Below are positions 25,131-39,173 of a DNA stretch of 64,000 nt, one piece after another. The stretch lies in contig OZ024742.1 in NCBI GenBank assembly GCA_964016885.1, positions 95,666,001 through 95,730,000 on the forward strand, given 5' to 3'. Both the position numbers and the translations under genes were made by a program. The stretch is from Eledone cirrhosa. Taxonomy: Eukaryota. Below the pieces are notes generated by a model. The model was not told the origin of the DNA. It made no database searches and saw only the letters and a list, made by a program, of their open reading frames with translations. Position 1 is the first letter of the stretch. Each line of letters begins with the position of its first letter.

Positions 25131-25337
25131 TTGTTTCCGTGGATAGACGGTAGAGTAATAGTGATTTTTCAAGGTTGTCTTAATGAAGTTGCATAACAGC
25201 CTTCAATTAGTCTACACATCGATAATCTTGCTCTCTGAAACAATTGTAAAGCATCAAATTACTTAAGTAATTCGCCTTTTTTTTAAATTCTTTCATTGTT
25301 TAACAATATACATACACACACACACATATATATATAT

Positions 25338-25657
25338 GCGCCGAAACATCCACAATCCGTAGTAAACAGCTGACGAAGGGAAACTTTTCTTTTCTTCTTT
25401 TGTTTGTGTCCCGATTACCTTTTAATACTTCGTTTTCAGTAACCACACAACCTCGCCTCCTAACTCGTATTTTTGTATTTTCTGCTGTGACATCATCTCT
25501 ACGTGTCATGCACAATTTGTTGTCCCTGGCCGGACTTATGTCTCACCACGCTTTCGAATCGAATCCCTCTTTCTCTCTCTCTTCCACCCTATCCATTTGC
25601 TTGTTTTCGGCTTTGGTCACTCGTGCGTCGTAAACTCCTCTTGGATTAACTCCATTT

Positions 25658-25737
<80 letters not shown>

Positions 25738-26208
25738 CTCTACCCCCTCTCATTTCCGGTTTCTCCATCTTTCTCTCTCCCTACACTCACTTTACTGTGA
25801 ATCATCACAGAAAAACCTAGCTCCTCTGTTATTATGGCTACCGGGCTTATACCCATCGGCTTGGTATAACTTGATCTATTTTCTCTTCGGTTACTTACAT
25901 ACATGTGCCATTGTCCTGTATTCCCCCTTCTATCGGTATATTCACTTCGTTTTTCCCTTTTTTTTTTTCTTCCCTTTTTCTTTGGTCCTCTCTCTTCACT
26001 ATCACGTGTTCCCCTCATGGCCTTTTTATAGATAAAAGGCTATAGCGCGCTACCGATCGATGTTCTGCTTGAGGCGCCGAAACATCTAAGATCTGTAGTA
26101 AACAGCTCGGACGAAGAGAAACTTTTCTTTTCTTCTCTTGTTTGTGTCCCGATTACCTTCTAACACTGCGTTTTCAGTAACCACACAGCCTCGCCTCCTA
26201 ACCCGTAT
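25338..26208 (+). mobile_element. Non-coding element with ~133-bp direct terminal repeats (partial tandem, 736-bp unit)
   Basis: 25338-25470 matches 26074-26208; no TG..CA ends; TA flanks. Confidence 0.75.
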
Positions 26209-27394
26209 ATATATATATGTATATATAATATATATGCAACAGGCTTCACCACTTTCCATGTATAAAATTTCACTCACAAGTCATTGGTCAAACTGAGGCT
26301 ATTGTAACAAATCCCAAACAGTGTGACTGAACCTGAAACAATATGATTGCAAAACGACAACCAAAACTTAACTTAAAATATATTGTATTAGAACTTCTAT
26401 ATTCTTAAATGATTATATTTTTGTAATCGAATATTGTTATTTGATAACGTTGTTTGTTATTCTAGTTGCTTTTATTATTTGTATATACCAGTGTATATGT
26501 TGTTAAATGCAAATGACAGTTATTTTTACGCAACAACGATTGTATATTTTTCAGATATTTAGTGTATTCTTAAAAATCTTTCTTTATATCTAAATCTTAT
26601 ATAAAATGTATCTTTTGATACCAAATCGCCTGAAACTACTTTTAGTTTTGTGATACTAAGCTGTTTATTTTAAAATGTTTATATTTATCTAAAAACCCCA
26701 GTCATCATTCTGTATAAGAAATCTTGTTCCAACCACAACCTTAATAATGTGTAACTTAGTTATATTACCAAAATCCCTTGAAATGTTTCATTATTTCCAA
26801 ATTTATTTGAAAACCATAGGCAATGACTTTCATTATAATATATAATCAATACTAGTTATTGAACCATATAAAATAATTTATTGGAAAAAACTACGTTTTA
26901 TTGTTATTATAGTATTTACTAAAGATTTGCAAGTTCATGTCTATATCATTATAACATATAACTGCTGCTATAATTGAATAAGATAGAAACTCATATCGTA
27001 TGTAAACAGTCAGAACCTAATCAGTTTATATAGTGACAGCAAACATCTCAACCAAAAGAAATTTAACACTACTGTTCAATACTTAACAAATAATCATCGA
27101 ATATGGATATTCTATTATAATTCATTTGAACAATTCTTTCAAAACCTTCTCTATAAATATTTAAAAAAATTCTTCTAGTCCATTCAACCTCACTTTACCT
27201 CCATTTCTTAAACAAACATATCCTGTTTCCTAATATATTGAATAAGTTCTTTTGTCCATCTGCTGGTTATATATTATTCCAGTGTTACATTAATACGACC
27301 TACCACACTAATCTCTTTCTTTATTCTTCACACCATTTGAAGTTTACTGCATGAATATATATATATACATCATCATCATTATTATTATTACGAG

Positions 27395-27900
27395 TTTCAC
27401 ACAGCATTTGTTGCTGGTGATGTAATAGTGGTGCTAGTTGTCCCCAGCCAGTGGGCTAAGGTAGCATTTTCAATTGTCAAGCATTTTTCTGAGTATCCTG
27501 GTAGTTCCTAGTAGTATTGTTTTTTGTGAGGAACCCACACTGATATTGGGCCCCTAAATAGTTTTTCAATTCTGATACTTACAGTACCAAGTGCCCCAAC
27601 TACTCCTGCTAATCCTCCATTAATATCTTGGTAGCATTTCTTTTGATCCATCCTAAACAGCTTGCTTTGTTGAGATTAATTTGCCGTTCAGATCTGGATA
27701 ACTTTGCTTTCATTGGAATTATATGTTTCAATTCTTCTAAAAATCAAGAGCCCCTTTCTTACTATACCATAGTTTCTCTTCGGTCTATCATAATTCTGCT
27801 CGTTCCAGATGTAACACCTTAACCATTAATGGTTCCTGTGTTATTCACGACGTTATTTTTTACTTCATCTGTAATTTTCCCTTTTCTCTTAATTTTCAGG
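27395..27900 (-). pseudogene. Decayed R4/Dong-like LINE 3' end
   Basis: Minus-strand VVGALGTV-like motif followed by a (TAA/TGA)n tail. Confidence 0.4.
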
Positions 27901-28516
27901 GGTGTGCTTTAAAGTTTCCAACAACTGGTATTCATCTATGACACCATCACTAACAGGATTTCCACCTAAGTATAAAGGACTTTTGTAATCCTGGTTTGAT
28001 TTTGGAGATTCTGTCACCTGGGAGGGTTGTATTTCAGAACTAGAGAGCCCCTTCTGCGCATTATTATTATGCTTTTACTTATGATGAACATGGCAAAATG
28101 GAATTATCCCACAGCAACCCCACCTCAAAATCCACTCAAAGAACCATCGCTCCCCGACAATTCCTAGTAAATTTTCGAAACTCAGTTTATTTTATAGAAA
28201 TATCAATTACATAATACAATGTAAGTAACAGTGATATTTTGCTATATTTGATGTTACATTGATATTTCCACACGGTTACCATGGTGACATATGTGCCAAA
28301 TATAAGTGCCTATGACTTGTTAGTATTGGAAAAGAAGGTGTTACATGAAATAAATTGCAATTACGAAGGAAATCATCGCAAACATGTTGATTATTTTAGT
28401 CATGATTGTGATAATGTCAGAAATACATTGCTAGCATTAATATCAGCTCTGCCAAGTCAATCATAGGCACCAAATGTTAAGATGACAATCTTGACTATGG
28501 GAAGCACTCTCATATA

Positions 28517-29701
28517 CGAGGTGGTATCAAAAGGTTTCTGGACTAGCTCTGTAGCATGCTAACATATGGTAGCACAGGATTGGGTGCACAGTGTTAGTTA
28601 GCTGTGTCATAAGTCAGTGACATCATTGTCTTTACATGGTGAGTTGTTAAATTGGTGTGTTTTCTGATCATGTCTGTGCGCAAGTCAATGATTATCATGG
28701 AGCTCAAGCTGGAACAAAGAGCCAACGTAAAATTTTGCATTAAACTTGGACAATCGACCATTGACCATGCTTCAGAAAGTTTACGGCTATGAGGTCCTTC
28801 ATAATGTTTCCATTGGCAGTGGAAGAACGTTCCTGGAAGACAATATGCCTTCTGAAGACCTTCAATGAGCTTCAATCACATACATGTTGAAAGAATTAGA
28901 CAACATTTGCATGAGGATCGTTAGAGGAGGATCAGCAACTTTGCTAACATTGTTTGTGTGTTGTATGTGTCAGTGCAAGCAATCCTCAAGTCTGAACTGA
29001 ACATGCAGCATGTCACTGCCAAGTTTGTCCTCTGTCAAAGTTTTCCAAAAACTCAGAGTGCAGCGGATGAGCCAGCATTAATGTTGAGGTTCTTCACCAG
29101 TGACAAGTCTTGGGTTTACAGGTATTATCCAGAGAGAAAACAGAAGTCAACGCAATGGAAGAGTCCATTATCTCCACAACCGAAGAAGGCAAGAGAGAGC
29201 CACTGTTCAATCAAGAGTATGCTAATCGTCTTGTTTGACGTCTGTGGCATTGTTCACCAAGGGCTAGACCGTCAATAAAGAGTTCTACTGCGAAGTTTTG
29301 CAGCATTTGTGGGAGAACATTCATTGAAAGCAACTGGAACTATGGCATGCAAAGAACTGGATTCTCTGTAACAAAAATGCACCCTGTCATCCATAACTCA
29401 TCAATCATCGGTTTCTTGCTAAGCACAACATACCATTGCTTCTGCACCCACCACACTCACCGGATTTAACCCCTTCGGTCTTCTTCCTTTTCCTGAAGAT
29501 GAAAATCAAGCTCAAAAGTCGCAGTTTTAACACAGTTCTCCAGAAGCTTACAAAGATGACACTGAAGCTGCATACCAGGACTGGCTGAAATGCTGGGATT
29601 GGTGCATTGCTGTGCAAGGGGTCTATTTCAAATAAATTATGTAATTAAAATCTTTTTAAAATAAAGAGCTGCTAGTCTGGAAACTTTTTGACTTACCCTC
29701 A
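28517..29701 (+). mobile_element. Decayed near-full-length mariner transposon
   Basis: ~30-bp imperfect TIRs with TA flanks; broken transposase MELKLEQRANVKFCIKLG, TSDKSWVYRYYPERKQKSTQW, SMLIVLFDVCGIVH, HPPHSPDLTP. Confidence 0.9.
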
Positions 29702-29827
29702 TAGATGAATATAGCTCTCACTAACCACATTGAACAACCTGAGTGTCAGGTTTCCATGTCTATCCCTGTGTGCACATATGCATATACCCACATCTCTTGC
29801 ACCCATTCACAGATTTATATATACATA

Positions 29828-30035
29828 TCATCATCATCATCGTTTAACGTCCATTTTCCACACTAGCATGAGTAGAACAGGCTGACCCTTTGGTAAAGAT
29901 TCTGGTTTTGCTCACCAGGGGCTAGTTTTAGCTTGGTTTCTACAATTGGATGCCCTTCCTAACGCCAACCACATTTAGAGTGTGTGCTGAGTGCTTTTTG
30001 TTGTGTCATCTACACAACCACTTTACAACATTGAC
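29828..30035 (-). mobile_element. RTE/SINE-B-type 3' end
   Basis: (CAT)n tail and GGATGCCCTTCCTAACGCCAACC. Confidence 0.7.
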
Positions 30036-30696
30036 TGGCCACGTTAGGTATAAATTTAAGTTGTAGCTGCAATATAACATTTTATAGTATATCTAAAACT
30101 TCATACCAATCAAATTATTTGAGGTGATATATATATATATATATTTATATTTTTGTCACCCAGAGTATTAAAAAAATATTATCCTCAACAAGCAGGTTTG
30201 GTGAGGTTGCCAGTTTTTTTGGCCTATCAATCATGGCTGGTGGTAGAGAGGAGCAGTTGGGTGGGATGTTGCGTTTGCGAAGAGTGAAGATGGGAAATAG
30301 ATTTCAGTTGCAGGGGCCCTAAATTAGGAGAGAAAGAGAGAGAAACAGTGTGTGTGAGGGGAGAAACCATGATGAAGAGATAGTTCTTTAGTCAGTGGTT
30401 GAAAGATAGGCCCATATTAAGGCAGCTCCACTTTGCGGTGCTCATCATTAATCGGTGATCAAGTACAATTATTATTGTTATTATTATTATTATTATTATC
30501 ATTATTAACTATGATTACTACAGGCGTTACACAAGGCTCTGGCACATCCTCTCATCTTCACAATATGACCATCTGTATTCTACAACGGCAGATCAATTTT
30601 TTACCAAAACTAGATGTTCTGAAATAGCTCGCAATTTATCAAATTAGAGGCTTGAATTTCTGACAGTCTATCTATCAATCTATTTATCTGTGTGCG

Positions 30697-30769
<73 letters not shown>

Positions 30770-33746
30770 CCTATGCTTGCATGGATAAATGGACGTTAAA
30801 CGGTGATGGTGATGAATATATATATGGATATAAATGTGTGTGTGTATATATATATATATATACACAGACATTTATATATATATATATATACACACACCCA
30901 TATATATATATTCAAGTTCATGCAGAACAATAACAGCATAACTGGCCAGTTGTTTTTATTGAGAAAGTCAAATAGATATTCAAATATTCCTAGACAGAAT
31001 GTCAGATGTGCATTCTGATAAATGGTGTGCTATTTCAGTAGAAGCATTTAGTCTCGGTAAAAAACCAAATAGATCTACAACAGTAAAACACACTCATATC
31101 ATGTAGATAGAAGAATGTCTCTTTCAATCAGTTTAATGATATTGAACTTCTGATAAATCCCACATCAATCAGTTGAGGTTAAATTTGAACTTGTTCTTGC
31201 TGTTTAAATTTGGGTTAGCCCAAATTGCAGCAATTATTGTTGTGATCAACATTTTATAGTATATCTAAAACTTCTTAGTGTATTGTGTGGTGACACTGTG
31301 TTAATGGTAGTACTAGATGTTTCTCATGTTCAGTTATTTCTACTTGATAGTACAGAGCTGAATTAAGTATTTTGTGGCCCTAAACACTAAAAGAATTATG
31401 GTGTCACCCAACCCTATATAAAGTCTGCAAAATATATTTTGGGGAATGAAAAATGCAACAAATTTGAATGAAATAGTACCCCTCTTCCCTTGATTCTCTA
31501 AGCCTGTGCTTGTTATGCTTAATGGATTATACAGCCTTGGGATGGCAGGATCTCTGGGAAAGGAGAACTGAGTGAACATCTCTCCTGCCTGTATATAACC
31601 ATTTTGACATCATATCTGCTTTAATACCTCCCAGTGGTAATACATTTTAACAATGTCTTCAGGGGCATAGGCAGAACTTTCTTAGGCTATTGAGGAAGAT
31701 TGGCCCATAGATATGTAGCACAAATCCCTATCTACATGTTGGCATGCCTGGATGACTCATGAACCAGTCTACCAGATAAATCAAGAAACTAGGAGAATGT
31801 ACCTCCAAAAACAAATCTGCCATTGTCAAGAGGTGTCTTTTATGACATTGTCAAATGGTGTAAACCAAATATAAACTGACAGAAGACAATTGGAAACGAC
31901 TGTTGTATGAATTCCATGTAAGAATATGAATCAAAATCAATTATTGAATTAAACTAAAAATGTGAAAGAGCCTCTGCTAACAGAGGAGGATACAAAATAC
32001 AAGGTATCATTGACATCCTTGATTATTATTGAATGACTTCTGGCAAAACTACACCAACAAAAAAGAAGTAGAGCAGAAAAAGGTGAAAACTAATGAATCA
32101 ATTAACAACCAGAAAAACCAACCAGTCAGTATATCTCCATAATTTATACAATTAGTTGCTGTCTGACAAAATCAAGTCCACATATCTAGTTTACATAACC
32201 TTAAGCAGATGCCTTCGAAATACGTATAACAGCTTTTACATAATAAATTCAATGTGATGAAGCAAAACCTAATTGCCTTCTAATTCATTATTATATTAAT
32301 ATTCCATCATACACTGACCTGCAGGATCCCATATCATGCTAAGAAAAGTACACTGATATGGAGTGGTTTAGCTGCTTACACTAAAGTTTATTTATTGGAG
32401 TATATGACTGTGAAATCGACCACATTTTAATTAACATGAAATAACAACTATATATATATATATAAAATGAGCTTTTTTTTTTTTTATAAAAATACGAGAT
32501 GTCCTTCATAAGGAAAAGAAATCAAAAACAGTTTCACAGTTCTTATTCTTTTCAAAAGTAAAATGGAGATGGAGAATTTATGGATTGTCTCGCATATATA
32601 TATATGGGTCCAAGGTTCAATCGGGTTTAACCACATAGAAACTACTGCATGGCTCATTGTTTAACTCCAGCACATCCCTGTTCAATCAAACCTTTCATCA
32701 AAAATATTTAAAACATGATCATTCCATCTGTTTAGGTGTAAATAGAACTACATTATCCAATGTGTCCTTTCATTTCTCTAGATGATCTCTGTCATTATTT
32801 GTTATCTTTCCCTATTTTCATAGGTGATAAGGTATGATTTGTTGGAGATTTGGCTCCTGTTTCCAGCAAGTCAGGTGATAATGGAGAGAATAATTTATAA
32901 TCTGCAGTGAAAATTACTGTTGTCATGAAGGTGAACTGTTTACATCAGAGCTAAGAAATATATAGTTGCATGTGAAGGAACAAGGTATATGGTAGGTAGT
33001 AAAACAAAACAATGCATGTAGTGATTTTTTTTAACCCATGGTCAGTCCTGATGCAATCCAAGTAAACCATGTTCAAATTTGTCCCAGCCATGATTAGTTT
33101 GGAATTTTTTTAGGCATTTTCATTTTTATCTTTATGGCTTGGCCTTGAGGAAGGGGCCAACTCATGGCATTCACAAAACCTCTAAAACTAGAAATATTGC
33201 TAGTTTATGCTCCTTGTAAAAATCTGCAAGTCAACAGCTGCATGAAAATTATGAACAGCTAGGGAATTCCAGAGGGTTGATATTCAGGGAAAGAAGGGTT
33301 TGTGTTAATGATTAATGCAAAAGCCTTCAAGATTGGCATTATCTGTTTGTGCCAAAAAGTAGAAACAATTATCTGTTACCAGGGTTGTATTAAGTCCTTC
33401 AGAAGCCCTCAGCACTTTAAATATTTGATGTCACCCACCTTACACTCCACATATAAACTCTACAAATAAATTGCTTTTTGAAATGAAATATATTTATTTT
33501 GAATAAAATTGTGGCCTTCTTTCCTTGATGACCTAATCACATGCTTATTTTACTTAATGGTTTATCTAGCCCTGTATATTGCCCTTGTTAGTGTAAGATT
33601 TGAGGTATACTTGCAACTATTTCTAGCAGGTGAGGTAACAAGATAGAAGCTCCAGCATTGATTTAACAAAGCAGCTATGTCAGTGAGAATTACTTGGCTA
33701 CTATCTCCAGCAGGCAAAAGGACTACATTGAAGCTCCATTATTTGA

Positions 33747-33925
33747 CAGTATCAGTAGAGAGTCGGACACCATGTTTTGAAGCTAGAGTTACGTCCCTTT
33801 ATGATCTGAGTTCAAATCCCGCCGAGGTTAACTTTGCCTTTCATCCTTACGGGGTCGATACAATAAAGTACCAGTAATGTACTGGGTAATTGCTGGCCTT
33901 GTGCCTAAAATAGAAACAATTATTG
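33747..33925 (+). mobile_element. SINE family A
   Basis: Family A consensus match. Confidence 0.8.
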
Positions 33926-35248
33926 GTTTAACAAAACTTGTTCTTGTTCTGTAATGAAGTAATATTTTTCTGAGGCCCATCAGAGAGTGGACTCAGCATG
34001 ACTAAATGGTTAAGAAGTTCACTTTGCTATCATTTATTTCCCCAAGTTTGAACACACAACTTGGCATATAGAACTAGTGTCTTTTACCATGACCACAGCT
34101 TGACTCAAGTAATGTGAGTGAAACTGGTTAAACAAAAACTATGTGGAGGATTGTCATATGGAGTACACCTATAACTCCAAGGTCAAGTGTTGTCTTGCCA
34201 ATTCTATCTGAGGATTATGTTAAGAGCACATATGTTTGTGGAATACTCAGCCACTTATACTATGATTTAATAAGGAGTTAGTTGAATTAATCAAATAACT
34301 GAATGTTTATTATCCCTAACAAAACTTATGCTATTGCAGTATATCTTTTGGCACTTGACAATTATCAACTTTACCTTTCCCCTAAACTTGCTGGCCATGT
34401 ATCTAAATTAGAAATCAATATTTTTGATAAAGCACCCAATACAATCTATATACTGATAAGAGCCCTCATTACTGAACTAATTCTAATAACAATCCTTATT
34501 TAGCAGTAAATTGTCAATGTGGCAGAGTTATTAGAGCATTTGATATTTGTTCTAGATCTTTCCATTCAAAGTTCAAGTCCTGCCAAGGCCAACTTGGCCT
34601 TTCATCCTTTCAGAGTCAATAAAGAAAATACTAGCCCATTTCTGGTACAGCCCTTACTCCTTCCAGCTGTCACCTATATACTAATTGTTCCATTAGATTA
34701 AGGAAGTGGGTGGTGATAAGGTGTCTGTGTGTGTGCTTGAAACTTCATGGACAGCATAAAAACCTTCTTTTGTAAAACCATGGTACATACCACCAAATCC
34801 TACTCGATTGTGAGTGATGGCTGTAGTTTAGCTGCTAGTTAGTGGTTTCATATAGTAGCAGAAAGGTCCAGAAAGGGCACCTAGAATCAGTTCTGTTGTT
34901 ATTGTTAGAACTAGACAAAGAGGCGGCTAAAAATCCTGAGAAGAATATATATTAAAGACTTCATATAATTTCTTTTCTTTAAATGCCTCTGTTACAGAAT
35001 CCTTAGTCGACTAATCTATTTCATCTTGTCATAATATCGTCAGATGAAGAAAATATTCTGGTAATAGATGTTTTAGATTAAAAGATATTAATCAAGTGGA
35101 TTTCTTTAATATAAATGTCTGTTTTGGGTTTTGAGGGGGAAGGGGGTTCTGTTTCTGTTGTTGTTTAATTTTTTTGGAGGGTGTTTTTTTTTGTTTTTGT
35201 TTTAGTTTTCGACTGTTTGTCTTGTGAAGAATCGTGCTAGTTACATAC

Positions 35249-35313
35249 CAATGGAGGGAAACCAAGCGTTATATGAGAAACTTCACCCAGTTGTAACGGA
35301 AAAAGAGGAAAGA
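35249..35313 (-). other. Tentative host exon
   Basis: On minus: long pyrimidine tract, acceptor ACTCAG, donor TTG|GTATGT, open frame FPLFPLQLGEVSHITLGFPPL. An alternative plus-strand exon (35206-35320) also fits. Confidence 0.3.
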
Positions 35314-36462
35314 CTGAGTGGTAAGAAAAAGAACAATGTAAGGGAATGAGAGAGAGAGTGATGGTGATAAAGAAAGAGAGAGAGAGAGAGATAATGGGAG
35401 AATTTATGTAATAGAGAGGAAGTCTCTGAGAAGCAGAACAAAAGAGAAGTAGTATATGATGGAGAGAATGAAAGTAATATTGTGCGTGTGTTTCTATATG
35501 TGGGTTTGTGTTTGTATGTATTGGTTTTAGTTTGTTTGTGTGTATGTGTGTTTTGGTTTGTGCGTATGCTGGTGTGTGTTTATGGAAAGCAGAGTATAAT
35601 ATATAAAGAGTATGATTGAATGAGGCAGAAAAAGAAAACAGACAGAATGAAAGAAAGAAAGATGTAGAAACTAAGGGAAGTGATGTCGGTGGGGGAAGTA
35701 AGATTACTTTTAATATGAATCATCAGATATAGAATTAGTATGGCATTTATTTACATAGAATTAGTAAGGCATCAATAAAATTGGTAATTGACTCATCATA
35801 AGGATTTCTGTGTAACAGATATTAAACCCAGTATATTACTGATGATGATGAGGTTGATGGTAGGGATGGTGATGATGCTAATAAAAAATGTGATAATATT
35901 AATAGTGATGGAGATGCTGATGATCATGTTGATAGTGATAATGGTAGTGATGTTGATGGTCATAATAGTGAAGATGATGGGACTAATCGGGATGATGTTG
36001 ATGACTATGATGATGGTGATGATGACTTCGTTTCCAAGAATGAAAGTTAAAGTTGTTCATAAATTTAACCATAATTATGGATATTTCTATATACATTTAA
36101 CCCTATATTATGTTTGTGTGTGCATGTATATATATATATATATTTGTATGTATACACACACACACATACACACACACACACATATATATATATAAATGGT
36201 AGCGTGGAAGATACACATTAAACGATGAAAGATAATAAGAGTTGAAAGTTATTTCTTTTATAATTACATGTAAAGGCTCAGTGAAGCTTTGAAAAGCTAC
36301 CTATAGCATAAACCAGCCAAAGACAAATTAGATAATAATTCTTGCTGCAATCTCCACCTTTTCGTAAAACACTAATTTATCTTGTATGGACTAATTACTT
36401 TTTGTTGTATGCATAAAGAAAAAGGTGCATCTTCAAGTCTTATTATTTGCTCTTTGTGGATT

Positions 36463-36643
36463 GGCAGTATCGGTAGAGGGTCGGACGCCATGCTTTGATG
36501 CATAGAGTTACGGCCCTTGCCATTCTGAGTTCAAATCCCGTCGAGGTTAACTTTGCCTTTCATCCTTATGGGGTCGATAAAATAAAGTACCAGTAATGTA
36601 CTGGGATAATTGCTGGCCTTGTGCCAATAGTAGAAACAATTAT
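36463..36643 (+). mobile_element. SINE family A, near full length
   Basis: Family A consensus match. Confidence 0.85.
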
Positions 36644-37477
36644 TTGCTCTTTGTAGCACTAACCACTTTACAGTGTGTACTGGGGGCATGTTTTCTATGG
36701 CTTAACACCAACCATTTTACAGCATATACAAGGAGCATTTTATTGTGACTACCACCACTATCTGACGGACTGGCTGATTTTCATCATGGCACCAGCACTA
36801 TCAACTTACAAGGAGGTGGACCAGAGGCTTTTGTCATGGTACTAGTACTAAATTATTACAGCATTGGTCTAGGCAGGGGTTAGATTACAGACATTGCACT
36901 TCTGGAGGGGAGGTCATGGTGGTGGCCTTGAAGCTAATGGATGGTGTCCAATATATTGTGAGGTCTATCCAGCTTCATTTGATGGCCTAAAAGGAAGACA
37001 TTTGTGGGTAAAATCTGTCATTTAAGGCTGTGGTAGGTTTTTTGGAGTTAGTAAAGTGGTGATGGTGCAAAGTTTCAGCAGGGTAGATGAATCAGTCAAA
37101 GTTCAAACTAGCTTTCCATGTTACCTCTTTGCTTCTTTTGGTTTACAGTTGAGGTTGGTAAAGGTTAGTCATCCTCTTTGTGCTGCTTCATTCCCCTTGA
37201 AAGTGAAGGGGAGATCTCTGTATTATAGAATGGAATGTTGCCAGTTTGTGTGAGTATATATGTACATACATACACACACACATATATTTATATATATATA
37301 CATATATATACATATGTGTGTGTATATATTTTTTGTTCAATCACCAGTGTGGCAAGCAGATTGATTTCGGTCTATAACTTCCATGGGAAGCCTTGAACTA
37401 ATCCTCTGTGAAGCACATGTAACAGGTTGATACACAATAAAACATAATTACATGTAAACTAAATGTATCATTTTTCC

Positions 37478-38020
<543 letters not shown>

Positions 38021-38545
38021 TATATATAGTGTATTTTTCAATAAACTGTATGCTTAATTAAAAGCATTTTGAAGACCTTATGCTATTGTTTTAGAGTAGT
38101 GACAGACTCACTTACTTTAAATTTTCAGCAAACAGGGGAGATAAAGGTGACAGAGCTATGTTTCGTACTGATTGGTACTTATCAAAGCCAAGCACTCCAC
38201 CTGTTTGCTGAAAATCATGAATGTTTGATTCTTATAGAAATTCTAGTAATAATCAGGAACTGATTATACAGAGCGGTTGCCGGTCAAGCAGAAATTGAAA
38301 ATTAGAATTGGCACTCTGAAATAGTACTTGCCTTAGATAAGTACCAATCAGTACGAAACATAGCTCTGTCAGCTTTATCTCCCCTGTTTGCTGAAAAGTT
38401 AAAGTAAGTGAGTCTGTCACTACTCTAAAACAATAGCAAAAGGTCTTCAAAATGCTTTTAATTAAGCATACGGTGTATTGCAAAATACACTATATATACA
38501 TTCATATATATATATAGATATTTCAGAGCGGCAATTCTAATTATT
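38021..38545. repeat. Double fold-back element (A'-x-B-A-B')
   Basis: Inverted pairs 38021-38196/38323-38498 and 38300-38323/38519-38542. Confidence 0.85.
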
Positions 38546-38674
38546 TATATATATATATATATATATATAAATTTAAGAGAAATAAAAACACAACCAGGAA
38601 CTGGGTATATCGGAATATTGACGGAGTTAAACACTTCAACAACATGTGTACCTGTCTCTACCACACCAAATCGG

Positions 38675-38729
38675 ACTGCCTGAAGAGGTCACAGCCAAGG
38701 ATGGCTGTCACCGAAATATATATAGCAGT
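38675..38729 (+). ncRNA. Type-I hammerhead ribozyme motif in a ~220-bp TA-flanked insert (38570-38790)
   Basis: ACTGC CTGAAGA GGT c ACAGCCA agga TGGCTGT c ACC GAAA tatata TA GCAGT, followed by AATAAA. Confidence 0.88.
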
Positions 38730-38791
38730 ACACCTCTAATAAACGAAGCCAAATTTTAAATATTTGACTTAATTATTTTATTTTATAATAT

Positions 38792-38880
<89 letters not shown>

Positions 38881-39102
38881 CTGTTGTGCTCATAAATTTT
38901 GGCATTAATATACTGGTTGGATGCCCTTCCTATCACAAGCACCACGTTAGGGCATGGACTGAGTGCTTTTCTTTGTGCCACTCGCACTAGAGAGGTTGTC
39001 TTAGTGGACTCATGTGTCCTTTCCATACTTTGTGCATGTATATGGGTGTCTGTGTGTTTATAATATCGAAACGGTTTGAGCTCTGCCGTCGGGGTCGTAC
39101 TT

Positions 39103-39173
<71 letters not shown>

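Noticed and set aside
25370-25386. CTGACGA agg GAAA hammerhead-like string
   Set aside because: No room for stem II, and not conserved in the second repeat copy
31590-32230. Possible very old RTE 3' remnant
   Set aside because: Too decayed to translate convincingly by eye
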